Below, piece after piece: positions 10,243 to 20,025 of a DNA stretch of 62,278 nucleotides. The translations under genes were made by a program, and so were the position numbers. The first letter of the stretch is position 1. Every line of letters begins with the position of its first letter. The notes beneath the pieces were generated by a model, which was given only the letters and a program-made list of their open reading frames with translations, made no database searches and was not told the DNA's origin. The stretch comes from an uncultured Nitrososphaerota archaeon (GTDB taxonomy: Archaea > Asgardarchaeota > Njordarchaeia > Njordarchaeales > Njordarchaeaceae): assembly GCA_964518475.1 (NCBI GenBank), contig CAZFGR010000010.1, forward strand, positions 1-62,278. The letters run 5' to 3'.

Positions 10243-10630
10243 AAGTATCTCCATTAATCCTACCCTTCACAATACCCTTTTTGATCAAATACTCTACTGC
10301 CATACGTATAGTTTCAGGACTCGTTCTAAACTCCTTTGCTAATTCTTTCAGATTCGTTGTCTCTTTTTCTAGTAGTCGCTCTATCAGTTTTTTAGTACGA
10401 TTTTCTCCCTTGAATTTTTCATCCCCCACTTTGGTCTTACCAAATACCCCTCGGACTTTATTACCACAATTAGGACATTCCCAAACCGCCATGACAGTTA
10501 TAGTAATCCGTCCCTGCTTATCAGGTAAGGGAGAGACTAAATGCCAAGTTTTTATAGGTTCTACCTCATTAGGGAACCACTTATGTCCACACATACTACA
10601 CTTGATAACTTTTTGACGTTTTCTACCCAT
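10229..10630 (-). CDS. Zn-ribbon Cren7-like protein fused to a C-terminal winged-helix domain
   Basis: CSMC...EPIKTWHLVSPLPDKQGRITITVMAVWECPNCG then NLKELAKEFRTSPETIRMAVEYLIKKGIVKGRING. Confidence 0.7.
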   Translation of the reverse strand: MGRKRQKVIKCSMCGHKWFPNEVEPIKTWHLVSPLPDKQGRITITVMAVWECPNCGNKVRGVFGKTKVGDEKFKGENRTKKLIERLLEKETTNLKELAKEFRTSPETIRMAVEYLIKKGIVKGRINGDTFIRA

Positions 10631-10643
10631 CCGAAATCGCCCC

Positions 10644-11597
10644 TTAATAATTTTTCAGTCTCCTAAGCCGAGAAGACTCTTTTATAGCCATTATTAGTCT
10701 TAGCATAAGAGGCAGACTTGTTAACGTTATATTCCTTACCTTAGTTTTTTCCTGAACCAAGTGATAAAGAAATTCTACCTCCTCAAGGATCCTTGTTTTC
10801 TCATACTCTAGCGATCTCTCGTCTATAGATTTTATTTTGGGAATAAACCTAAAGCTAAATGTGCGTAGTTCAGGTAAACGAATTCCCTCCAATCTTAAAA
10901 GTCTTTCCCAGTCCGCAAGCAACTCAACGTAGATTTCTCTTGCAGATTTTGACTCTACTGCTATTTTAGGACTTATTCCAAGAGTAAAAAGCATTCCCAG
11001 AACCGCATGATTTATAGTTAATAGCCAGTAAACACTTCTGAAGTTAGATGGAACTTTAAGTTGTATTCTGGTTTTTTGTAATGCTTCATCTAATGCTTTA
11101 TAAAAAGTCGTCTCTTGAAGTTCCTTCTGAATATATATTGTTTCGCCAGAAAACACTCTAATAGCAGAGTCTGTCCAGCATAAAAAGCCATCAAAGACTA
11201 GGTAATACGGCACTATTTTCTTTAGAAGCGATTTGTTAATTGCTAGGATAGGATAAAGAACTTTCGAGGCTATGATAATATGCTTAGCTTTTATTTCTAA
11301 CTCAGAAACCCTTGATAATCTCTCAATAACTCTTTTTGAAAAATCTGTAACCAATAGCGTATCAAATTCCTCTCCGGCTATTTCAAAAATCGATGAAATA
11401 GAGCCGTCAAATTCTGTATCATATTTTTTGCTATTGATAATGACCGCATAACCTTGCTGGTACAGTTTTTTTGTAAGTGCAGTATCAGTAATTATCCACG
11501 CCTCTACTTCGACGCTTTCAGTAAAATTCTTTAACATTGCAACTAAGAAATAGCCTAAAGGATCATTGCCCATTACTAACAAATTCACACTTTTCAC
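10644..11597 (-). CDS. Degenerate ketopantoate reductase (PanE/ApbA)-like protein
   Basis: Rossmann-like LLVMGNDPLGYFL start, EFDTLLVT, helical C-terminal domain, PanE-like length. Confidence 0.5.
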   Translation of the reverse strand: MKSVNLLVMGNDPLGYFLVAMLKNFTESVEVEAWIITDTALTKKLYQQGYAVIINSKKYDTEFDGSISSIFEIAGEEFDTLLVTDFSKRVIERLSRVSELEIKAKHIIIASKVLYPILAINKSLLKKIVPYYLVFDGFLCWTDSAIRVFSGETIYIQKELQETTFYKALDEALQKTRIQLKVPSNFRSVYWLLTINHAVLGMLFTLGISPKIAVESKSAREIYVELLADWERLLRLEGIRLPELRTFSFRFIPKIKSIDERSLEYEKTRILEEVEFLYHLVQEKTKVRNITLTSLPLMLRLIMAIKESSRLRRLKNY

Positions 11598-11724
11598 CCA
11601 GAGAAAAAAGGTACTTTTAATAATTATGTAGAAAAATGTGTAACTCTCGCTTATGCTTTCCTAAAGCTATAAGGATATTCTATTTTTGGAGATAGAGTTC
11701 ATATTAATCACAACTATATTACAT

Positions 11725-12000
11725 CTATAGGTGGCGACTACTCCGGAGGCGGCGAATTAGCAACAGCATTTTTCTGCCAGTATCCGAAATTGGATCCCAG
11801 GCTCCTCCAGCAAGCTGGATACCGCATGATTTGCATTCCCAGATTCCTACTGCTGTCCACTTTAAGGCTTTCTTATTGCAATTAGGACAGATATATTTTT
11901 TCTTTTTTCGAAGCTCGACAGCTAATACTCTTTTCCTAACTCCAGCACCGTATCTTGCACCGAATCGTCCAGTAGATTTTACTTTCTTTGTCCTACCCAT
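11725..12000 (-). CDS. rpl37ae: 50S ribosomal protein L37ae
   Basis: GRFGARYG, CPNC, VGIWECKSC, AGGAW. Confidence 0.97.
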   Translation of the reverse strand: MGRTKKVKSTGRFGARYGAGVRKRVLAVELRKKKKYICPNCNKKALKWTAVGIWECKSCGIQLAGGAWDPISDTGRKMLLLIRRLRSSRHL

Positions 12001-12002
12001 TT

Positions 12003-12884
12003 TTATTCACCTTTTATTTCTTCCCAAGCTTTATCTCCTCTGGGCTTTTTAGCTAGTTGATCAAGAATTATGCTTCTCATCTCATCGGCTTTTCTGATCA
12101 CAACATCTTTTGCTAATAGTATGTCTTCTAATTTAAATCCACCCCCTTCTCCTTTTTGTACAGCACAGATCTGATTTCTTTGATTCACAGCTATTGTAAG
12201 CCTACTATCCATGATATTCTCTTCAATGTATGATGGATCCAGTACAATGTAATTTCCAATTTTAGCAAATGTGAATGATACGGGAATATCCTGAATAGGT
12301 ATAGGCTGGGTTTCTTCCTTTATAATCCGAATTTCCTCCTTCTCTTCATCTACTATCTCTACTTTCGGAATAGAGCCCGTAAGAAGAGCAGATACCGCTC
12401 CAATCATGGAAGCATCAATAAGGTTTCCATCATCATCAAGAGTATATATGTCGATATTGATCATCCAAACAAGTTTTCCTGGTATAATCACCAATTCATC
12501 TAATTTTATCATTTCGGCGCTCCTTATGGCTCTATCAACAACTCTAGCTACCTCAATAGCGTATTCTGGCGGAGGACCCGGTTCAAATATGGGTGAAGCC
12601 ACTGGTGCAAATTCCGTGTTAACAACAAAAATTCCCTTGTTAGGCTCGTCTGGGAAAGGTCGAGCCGGACTAACTTTTACCCCCGCAAGTATTTTTGTAT
12701 TTCCTAACTCTACTAATGCGGATCCTTCTGCCTTCTTTATGAGCGATGGAATGATGTTAATTTGTCTAAAGTCATATAGTCCTCTTTCATCAATTCTCTT
12801 TCCTTCTGATAGAAGAGAAAAAATAGTCTCTTTTTCCAGTTTTGTAATTATTTCTCTTTTAAGCTCGCTTATCATTTTCAACAC
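12003..12884 (-). CDS. rrp42: Exosome complex component Rrp42
   Basis: RNase PH fold; AEGSALVELGNT, FEPGPP, ARVVDRAIR, DDDGNLIDA. Confidence 0.96.
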   Translation of the reverse strand: MLKMISELKREIITKLEKETIFSLLSEGKRIDERGLYDFRQINIIPSLIKKAEGSALVELGNTKILAGVKVSPARPFPDEPNKGIFVVNTEFAPVASPIFEPGPPPEYAIEVARVVDRAIRSAEMIKLDELVIIPGKLVWMINIDIYTLDDDGNLIDASMIGAVSALLTGSIPKVEIVDEEKEEIRIIKEETQPIPIQDIPVSFTFAKIGNYIVLDPSYIEENIMDSRLTIAVNQRNQICAVQKGEGGGFKLEDILLAKDVVIRKADEMRSIILDQLAKKPRGDKAWEEIKGE

Positions 12885-13620
12885 CTAATACTTCGTTTTT
12901 TATTCTTATATACCTCTCTCGCAAAGCCCTCCTCTGTTCCTCGTGAATAATGCGAATAGCTTTTTCGGCCAATTTTAAAGCTTCCTCAAATAAATCTGGA
13001 GGCATCGTTCCATCCATTTGTAATAGCGTAATCTCCCCAGTAGCTGGAATCATCGCAATCGGCATATCAGCATCACCATATTTGTCTTCAAGGTCATTTA
13101 AATCAATAATTACTTGGTTACCTATTCTACCCACAGCGACAGCGGTCACTAGACCTTTCATTGGAATTCCTGCATCAGCTAATGCTAAAGACGCTGCATT
13201 GATAGATGCTGTTCGTGTTCCTCCATCTGCTTGTAGAACTAGAGTGTATACATCTATTGCTGTCCTAGGAAATTCCTCTAAGTAAAGTGCTGGTTCTAAA
13301 GCTTCTCGAATTACTTTAGATAATTCAATTTCTCTCCTTGATGGTTGAGGTTTCTTTCGTTCCTCAACAGAGAATGTGGCCATTCTATAAGCTACTCTTA
13401 GAATAGCTCTATCAGGGGGCAGTAGATGCCTTGGATGACTCTCCCTAGGACCATATACGGCGGCAAGAACTTTAGTGCCCCCCATCTCTACTAAAGCAGA
13501 TCCGTCTGCTCTCTTTAAAACCCTCACTTGCATTCGCAGGGGTCTTAATTCATCCCATCGTCTTCCATCAGATCTGCGTCCATCCTCCGTAATGAGAATT
13601 ACCTCGTCCTTTAGGCTCAT
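12859..13620 (-). CDS. rrp41: Exosome complex exonuclease Rrp41
   Basis: RSDGRRWDELRP, VYGPRE, SRREIELS, QADGGTRTA. Confidence 0.97.
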   Translation of the reverse strand: MSLKDEVILITEDGRRSDGRRWDELRPLRMQVRVLKRADGSALVEMGGTKVLAAVYGPRESHPRHLLPPDRAILRVAYRMATFSVEERKKPQPSRREIELSKVIREALEPALYLEEFPRTAIDVYTLVLQADGGTRTASINAASLALADAGIPMKGLVTAVAVGRIGNQVIIDLNDLEDKYGDADMPIAMIPATGEITLLQMDGTMPPDLFEEALKLAEKAIRIIHEEQRRALRERYIRIKNEVLGVENDKRA

Positions 13621-14336
13621 TTTTCTTCACCTTCTATCTTCTTTAACTCTTCTGTTATGAAGTCTCGTATTCTATCAGTAAGTTTTGGCACGTGCGATTC
13701 TCTTTCTATTTTCTTTATAGCCCTTACAACAATATTTTCAACTTGTTTGTTTTTCGCTCTTATCCATATCAATCCATTATCCCCCACTCTAATAGTAGCC
13801 TTAGTGAGTTCCTGCAATAGTTTAATCATTGATTGATTTCTTCCCACAACCCTCGGCACTTTCTGAGGAGAAATTGCTATGATTTTTCCTCCCGTTATTT
13901 TTCCTAGGTTACTTCCCTTGGCAATTAAAGTCGGTATCGACGCTCTATCGGCTGACGCAACTTTTGCAAAAATCAGGTCACCTACATTCAGAAATCTTGT
14001 AATATCTTCCTTTGCCGGATCTAGTGGTCGTCCAAGAAAATCACTAGCATCTAATTTCGCTAAATAGGGAGCTCTAATATCAACCTGCCACGATACTGGA
14101 TTATAATCAACAATTTTTCCTATAACATGGTCTCCTACCTTCGGGATGTAATAGTTACCCTCTAATGGAACAATTTTTATGGACTTTTCTCTTACGTAGA
14201 TAACACCAACAACTCGAGAAAAGATCTTTTGTCCAACTCTATAAGCTCCCTCAATAATTCTGTAATTTCCTTCCGCGACTAAATCGCCAGGTACTACAAT
14301 GTCCATATTCTTAAAAAAAACTGGCATAATCTTCAC
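13617..14336 (-). CDS. rrp4: Exosome RNA-binding protein Rrp4
   Basis: IVVPGD, YIPKVGDHVIG (S1), KVPRVVG (KH), GDNGLIWI. Confidence 0.96.
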   Translation of the reverse strand: MKIMPVFFKNMDIVVPGDLVAEGNYRIIEGAYRVGQKIFSRVVGVIYVREKSIKIVPLEGNYYIPKVGDHVIGKIVDYNPVSWQVDIRAPYLAKLDASDFLGRPLDPAKEDITRFLNVGDLIFAKVASADRASIPTLIAKGSNLGKITGGKIIAISPQKVPRVVGRNQSMIKLLQELTKATIRVGDNGLIWIRAKNKQVENIVVRAIKKIERESHVPKLTDRIRDFITEELKKIEGEEK

Positions 14337-15205
14337 CCGATGCTCTTACGTTCTATAACGTCAAGTTTCAAATTTCCTTTAGTCATATCAGTTAACATTT
14401 TGTGAAATTGCATAAACTGTCCTCCTGGAACTTCAACAATGGCTTCCCAGCTTCCATCATCTAGCCACTTACTCTCACGAATAGTACCAAATTTCTCGAC
14501 TCGCGGGTATAGAGGACCAACATATTGAGGCGGCACTAGAATTTTTACCGTTATTATTTCAAGTTTGATGGGAAGGATTAGTTTGAGAGCATTTACAATT
14601 GCTGGCAATTCCTCATCTACTTCTTTTAATGGATCTAATAAAACCCTAATTTTTTGTTCACCAACTTTTTCTCCCGCGAATATCTGGTTTAAAGCCTCTG
14701 TAATCTTTTGAGGTGGATATGGAGCATTCGTAGCTGGATTTATAGCGTATTTCTGGATATAGCTAATTATTCTTCTCTTTTTCTTTTCCAATAATTCGTC
14801 ACGGAGCTCTTTCGGAAGTTTAAGAATCCCCTTCTTAAGGATATACTTAGAGGCTAATTCTTTAATTTTTTCTTCATCCAAATCTTCTATCTCGCTACGA
14901 ATCCTCTCTATTTCATCTTTACTGACTGCTCCCTTTTTCTCCTTTAATTGTTCTATAGCACCCTTAAGTACAAGTTTTCTCAAATCCTCAATAGCTGCTC
15001 GCACACCTTTTTGTGCATCTGAGTAAACTTCATAGATCACTATTGCTTCATCTGGAGAAGCCTCCCCCTTATAATATTTCAGCGCGATTCTCGGATCAAC
15101 AATTATCTCAAATTTTTTACCTCCACTTTCTAAAACCACTAATGAATATTTGCCTAAATCTAATTTCTTTCGTTCTCCTCTAAATGATGACATTAAGAAC
15201 ACCAA
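14333..15205 (-). CDS. Ribosome maturation factor SBDS/Sdo1 with helical insertion
   Basis: GGKKFEIIVDP, VYSDAQKG, INPATNAPYPP, WLDDGSW; position directly upstream of rrp4. Confidence 0.93.
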   Translation of the reverse strand: MVFLMSSFRGERKKLDLGKYSLVVLESGGKKFEIIVDPRIALKYYKGEASPDEAIVIYEVYSDAQKGVRAAIEDLRKLVLKGAIEQLKEKKGAVSKDEIERIRSEIEDLDEEKIKELASKYILKKGILKLPKELRDELLEKKKRRIISYIQKYAINPATNAPYPPQKITEALNQIFAGEKVGEQKIRVLLDPLKEVDEELPAIVNALKLILPIKLEIITVKILVPPQYVGPLYPRVEKFGTIRESKWLDDGSWEAIVEVPGGQFMQFHKMLTDMTKGNLKLDVIERKSIG

Positions 15206-15274
15206 GAAAAGTTCAATCGCTAAAGAATTTATTTAATATGCTGTTTGGAAATTTAAAGAAGGATTGTGATGTGC

Positions 15275-15646
15275 TTACTCCGTTGATGAGGCAAAGAGAA
15301 CATAGAGAGTTACGAGAAGGATCCCTAGTAAAATTCCCGCTATTTGCCTTGGCGTTGATAAGAAATCAAGAATATATGCTATCACTACTGGGATAAGAAT
15401 GGATATCCCAATGGCAATAATGTTTGGTTCATATCCAAAGATCTCTGTAACGGTTCCAATAAGAATTAAGGAGAACAAGTAAATGAGAGATAAGATTACT
15501 ATTAAAGATAGATCATATGCCCAACTGGGTTTTGTAAGACCAATAGAGGAACCCCATAGAGCTATAGAAACCGCTATTAAAATGCATGATGCAAGGAAGG
15601 TAGCTGAAAGCACCATGTTTCTATAAAGTACGTGTTTGGGAGGCAT
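15275..15646 (-). CDS. Small 4-TM membrane protein
   Basis: Four hydrophobic segments. Confidence 0.7.
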   Translation of the reverse strand: MPPKHVLYRNMVLSATFLASCILIAVSIALWGSSIGLTKPSWAYDLSLIVILSLIYLFSLILIGTVTEIFGYEPNIIAIGISILIPVVIAYILDFLSTPRQIAGILLGILLVTLYVLFASSTE

Positions 15647-15653
15647 TCACTTT

Positions 15654-15836
15654 TCACCTATATCTCCTATGATATGGTCTATACCATCTGTACTCTCGCC
15701 ACCTTTTTGACCTTCCATAACCACAAGCTGCACAATACTTCTTAGTCACATTGTAAGAGTTTCTTCCACATCTCCTGCACCTAATATGTGTTTTCTTTTT
15801 GTTTCGTTTTCCAAACGAGGGAGTCCCTTTAGTCAT
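15654..15836 (-). CDS. rpl37e: 50S ribosomal protein L37e
   Basis: [26 protein letters not shown]. Confidence 0.98.
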   Translation of the reverse strand: MTKGTPSFGKRNKKKTHIRCRRCGRNSYNVTKKYCAACGYGRSKRWREYRWYRPYHRRYR

Positions 15837-15838
15837 TT

Positions 15839-16087
15839 TTACTCACCCTCTTCCTTAGGGAAGATCAGTAATACCACATTATCTCCCCTAATAACAACAT
15901 TTCCTAAACTTAAAGTACTGTCTTCCCTAAGTTCCTCTGCAGATACTAAGAATAGATTAAGGTGCTGATCGAAAGAAGCTAAGGTGCCCCTTACAATTCT
16001 TTGACTCTTGAGTTTTACGATAATACTTTTCTGCAAAGAAGCTGTTATAATATCTTTCGGTCTTAGCATAGGCTGTTGTGTACTCAT
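15839..16087 (-). CDS. Sm-like (LSm) protein
   Basis: [12 protein letters not shown] and IRGDNV Sm motifs; conserved linkage to rpl37e. Confidence 0.95.
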   Translation of the reverse strand: MSTQQPMLRPKDIITASLQKSIIVKLKSQRIVRGTLASFDQHLNLFLVSAEELREDSTLSLGNVVIRGDNVVLLIFPKEEGE

Positions 16088-16185
16088 TACATTTCCCTCT
16101 GGATCATTTTTCCTACCAGCTTGTCTTCTTGAGCATAACTCTCATATCTATCTTTTGCTTTAAATTTTTCAGTTTATTTTTTGTT

Positions 16186-17403
16186 TCAGAACAACAGCCC
16201 TCCACTTAAGATAGTGAGTAAGAGAATAATAACGGAAAATAAATTTATCGCCTGGTAAGCGAGTTTTTTAACCGTATTTTCCTGATTCCTTGTTATTATG
16301 AGCCATAGATATCTCGCTCCATCATTTACATAGAGAGGAATCGCATTCAATATAATGATTGAAAATTGAATAATATAGTTAAGGTATACAAGACTCAGAA
16401 CGTCATAGTATGCTCTATCTGGAATTAAAGACAACTTTGATTTGTACCATGGAATATAATATATACCTAAAAACACTTTACCATCTCTCTTAGATAGTCT
16501 TACCGAAAAAACACCCTTGTCCGTTTGAATAATAATTGTCTGATTCGGTTTACAGGAGCCTAGAAATGTCCTTAAATCATCAGCAGTTTTTATTGGTGTA
16601 TCATTAATAGCTACGATTACTAATCCAGCAGTTATATTTGCTTCATGTGCAGGGCTACCAGGAACAGTATCTACCACTAACACACCAGTTGGTTCAAAAA
16701 AGAGGCTCATCAAAAGGCCATAGTTGCTATAAATACCCATAAATATTAAGAACAAGATTATATTAGCTAGTATACCAGCTGCTAACACTTTCTTTACTTT
16801 TGTTCTTAATATTTCTACAGTTTTTTTATCATTCCATTTTTCTGCATCATTGTTACTCATTAAAATACTCTCAACAATTTCTTCTGGAATTTCTATAAAA
16901 CCTCCCGAAATAGCTCCTGCGAAAATAAAGAAGCCAGCAGACTTTAACTTAATATCGTTTTTTACAGCTATTGCTCCGTGCGCTATTTCATGCGGAAGAA
17001 TCGCTACGAAGCTACTTATGAGGATTAATAACATGAGCCTCCAGTCTATTGTAATAAATGGAATGATCGGCGTGAATGATGTACCTACTGGAATACCCGC
17101 GTGAGTTATTACTAAGCGATTCTTTATTAGAAAGAACATATTTACTACCAAATATATAAGGGAAAGAAGCATTGTAGTGGGGAATACTGCAAGAGCCAAC
17201 TTTTCATAGAAAATCCAGAATCGTTCATATCTCTTAGCTAATCTTTCAACAACGTTTCGCAATTTTTCACTCCTAGCCATTAAGAAGAGAGGATATATAG
17301 TGACTCCGTATCTTTCAAGCTTAAATAACCAAGCTATAATAGCGAGAACGCTCCAAGCAAGAACGAGAAGAACAAATAAAGATATTCCTTCAATACTTAT
17401 CAT
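16186..17403 (-). CDS. Site-2 protease (M50) with PDZ domain
   Basis: HEIAH, AAGILAN, PDZ (PGSPAHEA..GLVIVAIND), NAIPLYVNDG. Confidence 0.92.
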   Translation of the reverse strand: MISIEGISLFVLLVLAWSVLAIIAWLFKLERYGVTIYPLFLMARSEKLRNVVERLAKRYERFWIFYEKLALAVFPTTMLLSLIYLVVNMFFLIKNRLVITHAGIPVGTSFTPIIPFITIDWRLMLLILISSFVAILPHEIAHGAIAVKNDIKLKSAGFFIFAGAISGGFIEIPEEIVESILMSNNDAEKWNDKKTVEILRTKVKKVLAAGILANIILFLIFMGIYSNYGLLMSLFFEPTGVLVVDTVPGSPAHEANITAGLVIVAINDTPIKTADDLRTFLGSCKPNQTIIIQTDKGVFSVRLSKRDGKVFLGIYYIPWYKSKLSLIPDRAYYDVLSLVYLNYIIQFSIIILNAIPLYVNDGARYLWLIITRNQENTVKKLAYQAINLFSVIILLLTILSGGLLF

Positions 17404-17433
17404 AGTACCGTCTCCATACTAATGCTGATGTAC

Positions 17434-18525
17434 TTATCTCCTGAGCGCACTTCTAGTAGCTATTAATAAGCTACTCCCCACTATTGTCTTGAAAATATCG
17501 AGAAAGTTATTTTCGTCTCTAGCTATCCATCCAGTGTCTCCGATAAGCAGAGACATAACAACACTCGCAAAAGTTTTGTCATTAAACCATTGTAGAATAT
17601 TGTATATCGACTCAGCGGGGCTACTAAAATACACAATTCCCCCAATCCCATATCTAACCTTAAATATTGTACTAAAGTAATCGGGGAGAAGTCTTATAAC
17701 TTTGTTTAAGCCGTCTGCTGGCGGATCTATTTTTAGTAATGCTAGATACTCCAGCCCTTTAAGCAATTTTCGAAAAACATTAGAGTTTAAATCGCTAATA
17801 AGCACAGCCTTATCTTGATTTGAAATTCTATTTCTCTCAAATGTTGTCTTTATGAGAAAATATATGTCCTGAGAGTAAATATCTTCTAAATTGGGATCAT
17901 CAACCAAAACATGCTTAAGAATGCTATCCATGAGAAGGCGCCGAACCTTCGTCTTAGCTTCATCATTGTCCAAAACATTATACGCTTTTATAAGTGCTTG
18001 TACAATTGGAACAAATTTCTGCGAAGAGTTAAGACTCTCACTGTTTTTAACTAAGTTCATAAGCACCCCAACATTTTCTTTTACTTTTTCTTTACAACTA
18101 AATTGACTAATGCTCAGAGCTTCAAGCCCACGTGCTAGTGGATAGATCACGTTATAGTAATAGGGTTCGTCAGAGACAACAACGCTCAGTGATGCACTTA
18201 TAGGTACGTTCATGGAAGGATACGGATTGTTTTTAATACCACCGTCGAGTTCTGGCGTTATGTCTTCCTCCATAGATATTTTATAGTCAGCTATTCTCTT
18301 TACAAAGTATGTTTGCTCTTTCTCTAGACGCCTTGTAATCTCCTCCAAAATATTATTTATCTTAGAAATACCTCTCAGAAATTTTAAGCAAAAGGCATAG
18401 AATGTAATATTCGACGCTTCATTTCTATAAGGTTGAAGATCTATAATTGATCCTCGCAACATTTTTCTAAGCATTCTTTGTAATTTATGTAAAGCAATCT
18501 TAACTACTATTCTCTCCCGTGCCAT
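17434..18525 (-). CDS. Hypothetical helical protein
   Basis: 363-aa ORF, ATG start, co-oriented with the M50 protease. Confidence 0.65.
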   Translation of the reverse strand: MARERIVVKIALHKLQRMLRKMLRGSIIDLQPYRNEASNITFYAFCLKFLRGISKINNILEEITRRLEKEQTYFVKRIADYKISMEEDITPELDGGIKNNPYPSMNVPISASLSVVVSDEPYYYNVIYPLARGLEALSISQFSCKEKVKENVGVLMNLVKNSESLNSSQKFVPIVQALIKAYNVLDNDEAKTKVRRLLMDSILKHVLVDDPNLEDIYSQDIYFLIKTTFERNRISNQDKAVLISDLNSNVFRKLLKGLEYLALLKIDPPADGLNKVIRLLPDYFSTIFKVRYGIGGIVYFSSPAESIYNILQWFNDKTFASVVMSLLIGDTGWIARDENNFLDIFKTIVGSSLLIATRSALRR

Positions 18526-19088
18526 CTAGAAACCCCAATCATTCCCTAGTTCTATAGGTCATTATTCCATCTATAACCCGCATCATACTAACGTTGAGCA
18601 ATAGGTTGATAACCCCTTAAGGACTTCCAAAGTCGTTCTGAGAAATATTATTTACTACTTCGTTCCGTATTTTAATATTGCATTGCGAAAATAAAGTAAT
18701 AAGAAACAGCCAAAGAAACAATTATCTCCTTAAAGGGTATTAAACTAAGAAATCTTGGCTACACGGTATGCTAGTAGAAATAACTTTCTCGATGAGAAAG
18801 TATATAGTGCCCCAGATCTTTAAGCTATGAAATCATTAGATTCTTTGCTTGAATCTAACTTACAACGCTTTATTTTTATTTACATATAGCAATATACTAT
18901 AGGAGAACTCCAATAACTTTTTTATCCTCTCATTTCACACAACAATAAGTTAACAGAGTCTTGTATCCTAAAAAATTTCTAGGATGTAACCTTTTAAGAA
19001 ATAAGATGTAGGTATTAACTACACTATCTTAAAAGGGTGATTAGAAGAATTATAGTTGTACTTAAACATGTTAATGTGGGGGGATGCA

Positions 19089-19337
19089 ATGTCAGAGGAT
19101 GATTTCCCTTTTGAGACAGAACTTGTTTCCGATGTACTCTCAAAAGTTCTTAACGAGATTATTGAGGATGCTGAAAAAAGTTTCGCAAACGGTTCTCCAT
19201 ATTATATCCTACCTAAGAGATGGCTTCAAAAGAAGTTACGAGGAGCGAGAGGCTTGCAATACATAATTAAGCAATTAAAGAGAAGATACAAAGTTGTAGA
19301 AGATGGTAGTTGGTACATTCTAACAAGCAATAAGTAA
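19089..19337 (+). CDS. Small hypothetical protein (possible winged helix)
   Basis: ATG behind GGGGGA SD; helix-helix-beta hairpin pattern. Confidence 0.55.
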   Translation: MSEDDFPFETELVSDVLSKVLNEIIEDAEKSFANGSPYYILPKRWLQKKLRGARGLQYIIKQLKRRYKVVEDGSWYILTSNK

Positions 19338-19398
19338 ATAGCATCAAACTTTTCTCGCTAAAAAACTAATTACTCTACAAATTTTCTTTTTGAAGACG

Positions 19399-20025
19399 CT
19401 ATTGTATCTTTTTCTCTATACGCACAAGAATCTCTTCGGAGCTTACAAGTATGTTCCTAATATAATCTATCTTAGCCTTAAGATTTGGTATTATCGAAGA
19501 TGGTAGAGCTATCTTGGATACTTCATCGTAGATTTTCCTAATCCAATCTAAATAGCACCATGCAATATTATACTCATTATTATGAATTGTTAGGAGAATC
19601 TGTCTTTTTAGTTCTCCTACAACCTCACATAAGCCTAAAATCCAGGACACAGTTTCGACTCCTAACTGCTGGGGTGTTGGAAGTTTATCATCCTTTGAGT
19701 TAGTAAGGCATTTATTAATAATTTGGAGAAATAGTATCGCCTCAACATACTCTCTTGCTAAATCATGCCAAATTCCAGTGCTGATTAACCTATAATCACC
19801 CTCTATTAGTTTCTGAATCGCCCTTATACGCTCATTGACCTCTTCCATAACTTTTTGTGCTTTTTCCAATTCTCGCTTATGCGCATATTTAAAGACATCT
19901 CTTATAAGGGGAAAAATATCCCTACTTTTTTTGATCAATTGTTCTCGTGCTTGAAAGAATTTCTCCAGATCTTCAAGTATTTTGGCAATGATGGTTGATA
20001 GATTCTCGTTTCCTAAGCTTCCCAT
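19399..20025 (-). CDS. Translin/Trax family protein
   Basis: REQLIKKSRDI, EYVEA, WILGLCEVVGELKR. Confidence 0.88.
   Translation of the reverse strand: MGSLGNENLSTIIAKILEDLEKFFQAREQLIKKSRDIFPLIRDVFKYAHKRELEKAQKVMEEVNERIRAIQKLIEGDYRLISTGIWHDLAREYVEAILFLQIINKCLTNSKDDKLPTPQQLGVETVSWILGLCEVVGELKRQILLTIHNNEYNIAWCYLDWIRKIYDEVSKIALPSSIIPNLKAKIDYIRNILVSSEEILVRIEKKIQ

Noticed and set aside
12406-13285. Long + strand ORFs antisense to rrp42/rrp41 (also 27578..28108, 54873..55427 and similar)
   Set aside because: Ser/Phe/Ile-rich shadow ORFs opposite well-supported genes
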